From Halalkalibacterium halodurans (GTDB lineage: Bacteria > Bacillota > Bacilli > Bacillales > Bacillaceae_D): a stretch of 32,000 nucleotides of DNA. The DNA lies in NCBI RefSeq assembly GCF_004376175.1, contig NZ_SNUY01000003.1, positions 16,823 to 48,822 on the forward strand. The letters run 5' to 3'. The notes under the pieces were generated by a model. It worked only from the letters and a program-made list of their open reading frames with translations, searched no databases and had not been told where the DNA came from. Made by a program: the position numbers and the translations under genes. Shown here one piece after another: positions 7,346 to 15,480 of this stretch. The stretch's first letter is position 1. Each line of letters starts with the position of its first letter.

Positions 7346-8818
7346 GAGCATTTTGCATATTTTTTGACCCAAGAGCCATAAGGATTTCAAAGACATAAAA
7401 AAGGACTTCACCCCTAAAATGTAGAATTTTTGAAGTGACGAAACCACAAAAATTCAAAAGGAGGAAGTCACTTTGTATATTCTACAAGAAAGCCTATTTT
7501 CCTTTGAAGAACTGCAAAAATTAGAGTCAAAAGAGAAATTACCTATCTTTTTTAGCTCGCTTGATTTACGCCCTTATGCTAAACAGTTGAGAAGTTCTTC
7601 ACCCCGAGGGGCTGACGGTCATTCCAGAGAAGGGATTCTAAGGGCTCTCATCGCTGCCCCACTCGAAGGCATCGACACCTTTACCGCCCTTCATCATCGA
7701 TTGGATAAAGACCTTCGTTTCCGTTATCAATGCGGTTTATCGATTGATCGCCCCGCACCGTCTATCTCCACTCTCAGCCGGGTTTTTGCGGCACTTACCA
7801 AAAAAAAGCTGGCTGAAAAGATCTTCCTTGACTTGGTACAGTTAGCTCAGGAGGAAGGAATAATTGACGGCAGCCACCAGGCCATCGACAGTGCCGCCAT
7901 TGATGCCTATGAAAAGAAACAGCCCAAAAAGCGTAGTGAACAAACGGGTAATGCCAATTGGGGCGCAAAATATGATTCCTTCGGCAATAAAATTACCTGG
8001 TTTGGCTATAAGATGCATCTTTCAGTCGATACCGCAAGCGAACTGCCAATGGCCATAAAAGTAACCCCTGCCCATGTGAACGATGGAGAAGTCGCACCAG
8101 AATTAATAGAGCAAGTGGCAGAGCGTACCAAATCCAAAATTGAATTTCTGATCATGGATGGCGGATATGACCAACTAAAAAACTATGAATCAGCCAAAAA
8201 CATTGGAGCGCAAGCCATTATCCCGCTCAATTTGCGCAACGAAAAAGAGCCTCCTGAAGGGATTTCTTCCAATGGAACTCCGCGTTGTTCCATGGGTTAT
8301 GAAATGACTTATTGGGGAGCTGATAAGGACCAGCTCAAGTTCAGATGTCCTCACGCAACCGGCAAAGTGGATTGCCCATTAGGAATGGCAGCCTGTTCAT
8401 CTTCCAACTATGGAATGGTGGTAAAAGTCGACATCAAAAAGGATGTGCGCCGATATTCCAATCCGCACCGTGATACAAAACGTTGGAAAGAGCTTTACAA
8501 CGAGAGGACAAGTGTAGAACGCTGTAATTCAAGAATGAAAAGCTACCTTACGGCGAACTCCCTACATGTATGGGGAATTGAAAAAGTAAAGACCCATATT
8601 TACCTGAACGCTATTGTATTACTTGTTTCAGCGCTAGCGATGGCAAAGGAAAATAAAGGGAAGAAAGCCGCTTAAAAAAATTCAATGTGAAAAATTCTGT
8701 AGGTATGCCCGAAAACAAGATTATTGTAATATTTTGTAAAATAACATGCTGGTAGCTATTTGTCGAGTGCTTTATTTTTTATACTTTTATCCCAAAAATC
8801 TAATTTTGCAAAATGCTC
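7346..8818 (+). mobile_element. Complete IS4-type insertion sequence (about 1.47 kb) with a 7-bp target duplication
   Basis: The ends share a 12-bp perfect inverted repeat, GAGCATTTTGCA (7346-7357 and complement of 8807-8818), which continues imperfectly inward. GACTTTT flanks both ends (7339-7345 and 8819-8825). Confidence 0.75.
7473..8675 (+). CDS. IS4-family DDE transposase
   Basis: 400-aa ORF starting at TTG, with AAAGGAGGAAG upstream. It has a DGGYD block and a C-terminal Y-x2-R-x3-E-x6-K signature (YNERTSVERCNSRMK), typical of IS4/IS5-type transposases. Confidence 0.85.
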   Translation: MYILQESLFSFEELQKLESKEKLPIFFSSLDLRPYAKQLRSSSPRGADGHSREGILRALIAAPLEGIDTFTALHHRLDKDLRFRYQCGLSIDRPAPSISTLSRVFAALTKKKLAEKIFLDLVQLAQEEGIIDGSHQAIDSAAIDAYEKKQPKKRSEQTGNANWGAKYDSFGNKITWFGYKMHLSVDTASELPMAIKVTPAHVNDGEVAPELIEQVAERTKSKIEFLIMDGGYDQLKNYESAKNIGAQAIIPLNLRNEKEPPEGISSNGTPRCSMGYEMTYWGADKDQLKFRCPHATGKVDCPLGMAACSSSNYGMVVKVDIKKDVRRYSNPHRDTKRWKELYNERTSVERCNSRMKSYLTANSLHVWGIEKVKTHIYLNAIVLLVSALAMAKENKGKKAA

Positions 8819-8849
8819 GACTTTTAATAAAACATGGTGCCTAGCTCTT

Positions 8850-9818
8850 TTATTTGAAAAAGATTTCTTGTAATCTCTTATGATCGGTCGTCAATTCAAG
8901 GGCGACGAGTAGCTTTAATCGTGCTTTTTGACCATTTAAACCGTTCGTAAAAATAACCCCTAAATCTTTTAGGTGACGCCCGCCTCCCTCGTAAGCGTAC
9001 GTTTCCTGAACGATGCCACTAACGCTTCTTGACACGAGTACCACTGGAATGTTGGCTTGATGAAGACGTTTGATGCTTGGGACGACCGCTGGTGGTAAGT
9101 TTCCTTGTCCGAAAGCCTCAATGACTAGGCCGTCAATTCCCGTGTCGGCAATCGCATCAACAACGGACCCATCCATGCCTGCGTAGGCCTTTAATAGCAC
9201 AACTCGATGATTGATGCTTGAGACCGTATAGCTCTCTTTGTATGAAGGGGCGTGGTGGAAGGTAACGCCTCGTTTCGTGACAATCCCAATCGGCCCATAC
9301 TGTGGACTTTGGAACGTGGCGACGTTACTCGTATGAGTTTTCGTGACGTTTTTTGCTGTATGAATTTCGTCGTTAAATACGACGAGAACTCCTTTTCCTT
9401 TTGCTTCATCTGTAGCAGCCGTTTTGACAGCAGAAATAAAATTGTGTGGTCCGTCCGCTCCGAGCTCATTACTGGAACGCATCGCCCCTGTGACAACGAC
9501 AGGGACTTCCCAATCGAGTAACAAATCTAGAAGGTAGGCTGTTTCTTCTAACGTATCCGTCCCATGTGTAATCACGACCCCATCAAACGATTCATTACCT
9601 ACTCGGCTCTTTAGTCGCTCAGCCAACTGAAACATGAGCTCAGGTGTCATATGGGGGGAAGGAATATTGAGAAAATCATCGACTTCGATCGAGGCAATCG
9701 ATGTTAACGATTCGACGGTGGCAAACAGGGGATTTGTCTCTTTAGGCTGTACGCCCCCTTTTTCATCTTCATGCATCGCAATCGTTCCACCTGTGTGTAT
9801 AACTAAAACTTTTTTCAT
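8850..9818 (-). CDS. ansA: Type I (cytoplasmic) L-asparaginase
   Basis: I place the start at the internal ATG 9818 (MKKVLVIHTGGTIAM...), preceded by AAAGGAGAA. The TGGTIA and HGTDT catalytic motifs are present. The resulting 322 aa fits AnsA length. Confidence 0.85.
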   Translation of the reverse strand: MKKVLVIHTGGTIAMHEDEKGGVQPKETNPLFATVESLTSIASIEVDDFLNIPSPHMTPELMFQLAERLKSRVGNESFDGVVITHGTDTLEETAYLLDLLLDWEVPVVVTGAMRSSNELGADGPHNFISAVKTAATDEAKGKGVLVVFNDEIHTAKNVTKTHTSNVATFQSPQYGPIGIVTKRGVTFHHAPSYKESYTVSSINHRVVLLKAYAGMDGSVVDAIADTGIDGLVIEAFGQGNLPPAVVPSIKRLHQANIPVVLVSRSVSGIVQETYAYEGGGRHLKDLGVIFTNGLNGQKARLKLLVALELTTDHKRLQEIFFK

Positions 9819-10038
9819 GGCTCGTTCTCCTTTTGGCGAATGGTTATACTGTTTGAGTGAAAACCAGACAAGTGAATCTGACAAAGTGTACCCCTTCACT
9901 CCAAGTTGTTCACAAGCATCATCATAACATAGCTGTTCAACTGTAAAAAAGTCTCTTTCTTATTGCAAATCCATTTCGTGAACCTTACAAAACGTTTACA
10001 ATGGGGGTAGTGAGTTTGGACGGAGAGGTTGAGACATT

Positions 10039-10686
10039 GTGTTCAGTTTATTGACAGCCGCCATTGCTCCAGCCATGGCGCTTCTATGCTTTTTTTATTT
10101 GAAAAATGAATACGGCTCGCAAACCTTGGGCTTTGTCGTGCGAACCTTTTTAATTGGCGCGCTCCTGATGTTTCCAGTCATGGTGCTCCAACATGCGTTT
10201 CTTGCGGAAGGTTTCTTTGCGAATCCTTTGTTAAAAGCCTTTATTCTTTATGGATTTTTCGAGGAATTTTTCAAATGGTTTATGCTTTATTTTTTCGCCT
10301 ACAAACATGTGGAATTTAACCGTCGGTACGATGGGATTATATTTGGTGTTTCCCTTTCGTTAGGATTTGCCTCTATGGAGAATGGATTATACTTAATTGC
10401 TAACGGTGTGGAAACCGCGATCGGTCGGGCGTTACTTCCAGTGTCAAGCCACGCAATTTATGGCGTGATTATGGGATACTATTTAGGACGAGCAAAAATG
10501 GAAGAAAAGCATCGAAAGAAATGGCTCTTTCTCTCGCTCTTTCTCCCGGTTTTGCTGCACAGCTTGTATGATGCAATTTTGTTATTGTGGAGCAAGCATT
10601 TTCTTTTTGTCATGGTGCCCTTTATGTTGGTATTATGGTGGGTAGCGATACAAAAAGTAAAACTGGCTAATCAACTGGACCGCTAA
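10039..10686 (+). CDS. prsW: PrsW-family membrane protease (site-1 protease of anti-sigma-W)
   Basis: 215-aa polytopic membrane ORF with a GTG start. It has an FEEFFKW (EExxK) motif and histidine-containing TM segments (HAIYG, LHSLYD) typical of PrsW/YpdC. It sits upstream of sleB as in B. subtilis. Confidence 0.75.
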   Translation: MFSLLTAAIAPAMALLCFFYLKNEYGSQTLGFVVRTFLIGALLMFPVMVLQHAFLAEGFFANPLLKAFILYGFFEEFFKWFMLYFFAYKHVEFNRRYDGIIFGVSLSLGFASMENGLYLIANGVETAIGRALLPVSSHAIYGVIMGYYLGRAKMEEKHRKKWLFLSLFLPVLLHSLYDAILLLWSKHFLFVMVPFMLVLWWVAIQKVKLANQLDR

Positions 10687-10746
10687 TGAAAGGTAGAGAA
10701 GTAGATACGTCTACCTTTGAAGAAAATGAATGGAGGTGTAGAGAGC

Positions 10747-10908
10747 ATGGCAAAGGAACGGTACCGTGTCGTCATTCGCTGCCCTGAATGCGGTGAACGC
10801 TACATTCTTCGTGGCCATCGAAACGAAAAAGGAGAGTATGAAACGGGGTTTAAACAATGCATTTGTGGCAACGAAGATCACCTTTATATTGATGGTGCCC
10901 CAGAATAA
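10747..10908 (+). CDS. Small (53 aa) zinc-ribbon-like protein, function unknown
   Basis: I place the start at ATG 10747 (MAKERYRVV...), 7 nt after GGAGGTG. The cysteines are arranged CPECG...CICG, which fits a 4-Cys knuckle. I do not recognise a family. Confidence 0.5.
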   Translation: MAKERYRVVIRCPECGERYILRGHRNEKGEYETGFKQCICGNEDHLYIDGAPE

Positions 10909-11011
10909 TCCATTCGCACCGTGAAAAAATAAACGAATTGAAAGAATGTTGTTGCATTTTCGCTAGAATTGTTGTAATTTTTATAAAAAGGTCTTGAAAA
11001 CAAAATAGTGT

Positions 11012-11135
11012 CTCGTATTCTTATCCAGAGAGGTGGAGGGAACGGCCCGAAGAAACCTCAGCAACCAGCCGCGATCCTGTGGTCAGGTGCTAATTCCTGC
11101 AAGCATTATTTGCTTGAGAGATAAGAGGAAGCGAG
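11012..11135 (+). promoter_or_regulatory. SAM-I (S-box) riboswitch aptamer
   Basis: Near-consensus S-box elements are present: CTTATCCAGAGAGGTGGAGGGAACGGCCCGAAGAAACCTCAGCAACC ... GGTGCTAATTCCTGCAAGC ... GAGAGATAAGAG. The P1 helix closes TTCTTATC with GATAAGAG. Confidence 0.92.
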
Positions 11136-11143
11136 TGAGATCC

Positions 11144-11193
11144 AACACCTACTTCTTCTTATTCTTACATGACGAGAAGGTAGGTGTTTTTTT
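11144..11193 (+). terminator. Intrinsic terminator forming the S-box expression platform
   Basis: AACACCTACTTCT (11144-11156) pairs with AGAAGGTAGGTGTT (11175-11188) and is followed by a T-run to 11193. It lies between the aptamer and metI. Confidence 0.85.
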
Positions 11194-11304
11194 ACACAAT
11201 CAGAAAAGATCGAACTTTTCAGATAGTTTAAGAAAAATGAAGGCTTTCGCGATAAAACTTGGCGATGAGCTGATTTTTCCAATAGATGGATAGGAGGAGT
11301 AACC

Positions 11305-12441
11305 ATGAATCGTAAAGAATTAGAAACAGCTTTAGTACAAATCGGAAATCGAATGGATGATCGAACAGGTGCGATCAACACGCCTGTTTACTTTTCGACC
11401 GCCTATCGTCACTCCGGAATTGGCGAATCCACTGGCTATGACTATGCACGGACAGGGAATCCCACGAGAGAAGTGCTTGAAAAGGCGATTGCTACGTTAG
11501 AAAACGGAGATCAAGGGTTTTCCTGTAGTTCCGGTATGGCAGCTATCCAAACGGTGTTTTCTCTTTTTCAATCAGGGGATGAAATTATTGCTTCCCAAGA
11601 TTTGTATGGAGGGACGTACCGCTTGTTTGAAGGTGGCTGGAAAAAGTGGGGGCTTTCTTTCTCCTATGCTGATCCGCGAAATCTTGCAGCGTTAGAACAG
11701 CAAATAACAGAAAAAACGAAGGCGCTGTTTATTGAAACCCCTACGAATCCACTCATGCAAGAAGCAAATATTCGTGAGCTTGCCGCCCTTGCTAATAAAT
11801 ATGGATTGCTGCTGATCGTCGATAATACGTTCTACACGCCACTTTTACAGCAACCATTAAACGAAGGGGCCCATATCGTCATCCATAGTGCGTCAAAATA
11901 CTTAGGCGGGCACAATGATGTCATCGCTGGGTTGATTGTAGCCAAAGGACAAGAGCTATGTGAGCAGGTCGCCTATTACCATAACGGAATTGGCGGAACG
12001 CTCTCAGCCTTTGATTCATGGTTGCTCATTCGTGGGATGAAAACTCTTGCTCTGCGAATGGAGCAGCATCAAAACAATGCGAGGGCTATAGCGTCTTACT
12101 TAGAAAAGCATAAAGGAGTAACGGATGTTCTTTATCCTGGACGGGGTGGAATGCTTTCCTTCCGCATACAATCGGAGAGCTGGGTTAACCCGTTTTTACA
12201 ATCGTTGAAGCTCATTTCATTTGCAGAGAGCCTAGGGGGAGTCGAAAGCTTAATGACCTATCCGGCGACGCAAACCCATGCCGATATTCCAGAGGATGTG
12301 CGGATCGCTAACGGTGTATGTAATCGCTTGTTGCGATTCTCAGTTGGGATCGAACATGTGGGTGATTTGATTGCCGACCTCGATCAAGCGTTCAACCGTG
12401 TCATCGAGCAGTCAGCGGTGAAAGGAAGTGAAGCACAGTGA
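11305..12441 (+). CDS. metI: Cystathionine gamma-synthase / O-acetylhomoserine thiolyase (PLP-dependent)
   Basis: 378 aa, colinear with B. subtilis MetI as I recall it (IGNR..TGA...TAYRH.GIGESTG.DY.RT.NPTR, HSASKYLGGH PLP-lysine block, GVCNRLLRFSVGIEH). It is the first gene after the S-box. Confidence 0.85.
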   Translation: MNRKELETALVQIGNRMDDRTGAINTPVYFSTAYRHSGIGESTGYDYARTGNPTREVLEKAIATLENGDQGFSCSSGMAAIQTVFSLFQSGDEIIASQDLYGGTYRLFEGGWKKWGLSFSYADPRNLAALEQQITEKTKALFIETPTNPLMQEANIRELAALANKYGLLLIVDNTFYTPLLQQPLNEGAHIVIHSASKYLGGHNDVIAGLIVAKGQELCEQVAYYHNGIGGTLSAFDSWLLIRGMKTLALRMEQHQNNARAIASYLEKHKGVTDVLYPGRGGMLSFRIQSESWVNPFLQSLKLISFAESLGGVESLMTYPATQTHADIPEDVRIANGVCNRLLRFSVGIEHVGDLIADLDQAFNRVIEQSAVKGSEAQ

Positions 12442-13610
12442 GCGAACAGTACAGCTTGCAAACAAAACTACTTCATAATGAGCATAAGGTTGACCAGGCA
12501 ACTGGTGCGGTAAGCGTACCAATCCAACACGCTTCTACGTTTCATCAGTTTGACTTTGATACGTTTGGAACGTATGACTATAGCCGTTCGGGTAATCCGA
12601 CACGGGATGCTCTCGAAGCGGCGATTGCTGAGCTTGAGGGAGGCAATCATGGATTTGCGTTTGCTTCTGGGATGGCTGCTATCTCCACAGCGTTTATGCT
12701 CCTATCAAAGGGCGATCACGTTGTCTTAACGAAAGATGTGTACGGTGGGACCTTTCGCCTCGTAACGGAAGTTTTAACCCGGCTTGGAATTGACCATACA
12801 TTTGTTGATATGACAAACTTGGCGGAAGTGGCGGCGGCCATCAGACCAAATACCCGTGTCCTTTATATGGAGACGCCATCCAATCCGACGTTGAACATTA
12901 CTGACATTCACGGGGTCGTTTCACTGGCAAAAGAACACGAATGTCTCACCTTTCTTGACAACACCTTTTTAACACCTGCTTTGCAGCGACCGCTAGAACT
13001 TGGAGTTGATGTCGTCCTCCATAGTGCGACAAAATTTATTGGAGGTCACAGTGATGTTGTCGCAGGGCTGGCGGTGACAAAGGATGAAGAACTAGGAAAA
13101 AAGCTCGCCTTTTTACAAAACTCGTTCGGCGCTATTTTAGGCGTTCAAGACGTATGGCTCGTTCTCCGAGGTTTGAAAACACTTCATGTGCGGATGGAGC
13201 ACGGAGAGAAAGGGGCTCAGCAGATCGCCGAATGGCTTCTAGGCGTCCCGGAAGTGAAGCGAGTCTACTACCCTGGTTTAAAAGATCACCCAGGACACGA
13301 ATTGCAAAAAAGGCAGGCGGAAGGGTTTGGCGCTGTGCTATCGTTTGAGCTAGAAAATGAAGAGGCGGTTCGAAGGTTCGTGGAACATGTAAAGCTCCCT
13401 GTTTTTGCTGTCAGTTTAGGAGCGGTAGAATCGATCTTGTCTTACCCCGCCAAAATGTCCCATGCCGCGATGCCGAAAGAGGAGCGGGAGGCAAGAGGCA
13501 TTCGTGATGGATTGCTTAGACTTTCAGTCGGGTTAGAAAAACCGGAAGAACTAATGGCTGACTTTAAAGCGGCATTTGCTCACGTTCGAGGAAAGGTGGA
13601 ACATCTATGA
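12438..13610 (+). CDS. metC: Cystathionine beta-lyase (PLP-dependent)
   Basis: 390-aa Cys/Met-metabolism PLP enzyme with an HSATKFIGGH lysine block. Its GTG start overlaps the metI stop (GTGA at 12438-12441). The order metI-metC matches B. subtilis. Confidence 0.8.
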   Translation: MSEQYSLQTKLLHNEHKVDQATGAVSVPIQHASTFHQFDFDTFGTYDYSRSGNPTRDALEAAIAELEGGNHGFAFASGMAAISTAFMLLSKGDHVVLTKDVYGGTFRLVTEVLTRLGIDHTFVDMTNLAEVAAAIRPNTRVLYMETPSNPTLNITDIHGVVSLAKEHECLTFLDNTFLTPALQRPLELGVDVVLHSATKFIGGHSDVVAGLAVTKDEELGKKLAFLQNSFGAILGVQDVWLVLRGLKTLHVRMEHGEKGAQQIAEWLLGVPEVKRVYYPGLKDHPGHELQKRQAEGFGAVLSFELENEEAVRRFVEHVKLPVFAVSLGAVESILSYPAKMSHAAMPKEEREARGIRDGLLRLSVGLEKPEELMADFKAAFAHVRGKVEHL

Positions 13611-15463
13611 CGAACTTGGTCGAAGCGCTGAAAACGAACATATTAGTCGGAGATGGCGCCATGGGAACGCTTCTTTACGAGCAAGGGATTGACCGATGCT
13701 TTGAAGAGCTCAATGTGACCGATCCAGAGAAAATCGTGGCAGCCCATGTAGCGTATGTGGAAGCTGGAGCTGATGTGATCCAGACGAACACGTATGCGGC
13801 AAATCGGATGAAACTAGCAAAATATCAGCTTGACGACCAAGTATTGGAAATCAACCGCGCCGCCGTTCGATTAGCGAGAAAGGCTGCAAAACAAGAGACG
13901 TTTGTCCTCGGTACCATCGGCGGCATTCGCAGCGTTCAATTTGAAGAAGTAGAAATCCAAGAAGTCCAGGACGTGTTTTTGGAGCAGATGAAGGCGCTCG
14001 TAAGCGAAGGGGTGGACGGTCTTTTATTGGAAACCTTTTATGATCTAGAAGAAGCGAAATTGGCCGTCAGTCTTGCCCGTTCTTTAACGGATTTGCCCGT
14101 CATCGCTCATTTATCGATCGCAGAAATTGGCGTACTTCAAGGGGGGAAACTGTTAGAAGAGGCGTTTGCAGAGCTAGAAGGGCTCGGAGCAGATCTTGTC
14201 GGCATTAACTGTCGTATGGGACCCTACCAAATGCTTCGCTCCTTCGAAACGGTTCAACTTTTGGACAGAGCCTACTATTCTGCTTATCCAAATGCTAGCT
14301 TACCAGATTATCGCGACGGTCGGCTGTATTACCATTCAAATCCAGAATATTTTTATGAAATGGGAAAACGCTTTGTGCAGCAAGGAGTTCGCCTTCTAGG
14401 AGGATGTTGTGGTACCACTCCTGAACATGTACGTGCGTTCGCTAAAGTTGTGAAAGGATTAAAGCCTGTTGTAAGCAAGCCTGTTAGGTTGGAAATCAAA
14501 GAAACGTTGAGCTCTACTGGGCAAAAGACGGCTCGAGAGCCACTTGCGGAAAAAGTGAAGAAGCAGCCTTCGATCATCGTGGAGCTAGATCCACCGAAAA
14601 ACCTGGCAATCGACCGGTTTGTTGAAGGGGCAGCGGCTTTGAAAAATGCTGGAGTCGATGCGGTGACGATGGCGGACAATTCTCTCGCTTCTCCTCGTGT
14701 CGATAACTTAGCGCTTGGAGCGATTATTCAGCAGCAAGCGGGCGTTCGGCCACTCGTCCATGTGACGTGCCGTGACCGGAACCTGATCGGGTTGCAGTCG
14801 CACTTAATGGGGCTCCATGCCTTAGGGATGACTGATTTATTAGCGATTACGGGGGACCCAACAAAGGTCGGTGATTTTCCTGGTGCCACGTCGGTCTATG
14901 ACGTGACCTCATTTCAGCTAATCTCTTTAATCAAGCAATTGAATGAAGGAATCTCCTTTTCAGGAAAAGAACTAGGTCAAAAAGCGAATTTCTCTGTGGG
15001 GGCTGCCTTTAATCCAAATGTCCGTCACCTTGAGCGAGCGGTCCAACGAATGGAAAAGAAAATCGAGGCTGGCGCTGACTATTTCATGACCCAGCCAATC
15101 TACAATGAAAAGCAGATCGAGGACATTTACGAAGCGACTAAGCACATTGAAAAGCCGATTTATATCGGAATCATGCCTTTAATTAACGGTCGAAATGCAG
15201 AATTTCTTCATAATGAGGTACCGGGTATTAAATTGACAGATCAGATTCGAGAACGGATGGCGCATGCCGGTGAAGACCGCCAAAAAGGGGAACGGGAAGG
15301 ACTCGCCATTGCCAAGTCTTTATTGGATGTAGCGACTCATTATTTTAACGGCATCTATTTGATTACCCCGTTTTTACGCTACGGAATGACCGTTGAACTG
15401 ACTCACTATGTGAAGGAGACTCAACATCAAATCAGACAGCCAGAACGCTCGATTCAGAAGTAG
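13607..15463 (+). CDS. yitJ: Bifunctional homocysteine S-methyltransferase / 5,10-methylenetetrahydrofolate reductase
   Basis: 618 aa. The N-terminal Hcy-methyltransferase domain shows GDGAMGT and the [10 protein letters not shown] zinc motif. The C-terminal half resembles MTHFR. The ATGA start/stop overlaps metC at 13607-13610. Confidence 0.8.
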   Translation: MTNLVEALKTNILVGDGAMGTLLYEQGIDRCFEELNVTDPEKIVAAHVAYVEAGADVIQTNTYAANRMKLAKYQLDDQVLEINRAAVRLARKAAKQETFVLGTIGGIRSVQFEEVEIQEVQDVFLEQMKALVSEGVDGLLLETFYDLEEAKLAVSLARSLTDLPVIAHLSIAEIGVLQGGKLLEEAFAELEGLGADLVGINCRMGPYQMLRSFETVQLLDRAYYSAYPNASLPDYRDGRLYYHSNPEYFYEMGKRFVQQGVRLLGGCCGTTPEHVRAFAKVVKGLKPVVSKPVRLEIKETLSSTGQKTAREPLAEKVKKQPSIIVELDPPKNLAIDRFVEGAAALKNAGVDAVTMADNSLASPRVDNLALGAIIQQQAGVRPLVHVTCRDRNLIGLQSHLMGLHALGMTDLLAITGDPTKVGDFPGATSVYDVTSFQLISLIKQLNEGISFSGKELGQKANFSVGAAFNPNVRHLERAVQRMEKKIEAGADYFMTQPIYNEKQIEDIYEATKHIEKPIYIGIMPLINGRNAEFLHNEVPGIKLTDQIRERMAHAGEDRQKGEREGLAIAKSLLDVATHYFNGIYLITPFLRYGMTVELTHYVKETQHQIRQPERSIQK

Positions 15464-15480
15464 AAAGGACGATCAGAAGA

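Noticed and set aside
9819-9899. N-terminal 27-codon extension of ansA given by the track ORF
   Set aside because: The internal ATG at 9818 has a strong SD and yields the canonical MKKVLVIHTGGTIAM N-terminus. The extension has no SD.
10938-10969. Promoter for the S-box leader (TTGAAA ... TAGAAT)
   Set aside because: The spacing between the two hexamers is 20 nt. I could not find a pair with 17 +/- 1 nt spacing, so I am not calling a promoter, although TAGAAT at 10964-10969 is a plausible -10.
11033-11381. ORFs of 86 aa (+) and 91 aa (-) upstream of metI
   Set aside because: They overlap the SAM-I riboswitch and its terminator. They have no SD, and the RNA element explains the region.
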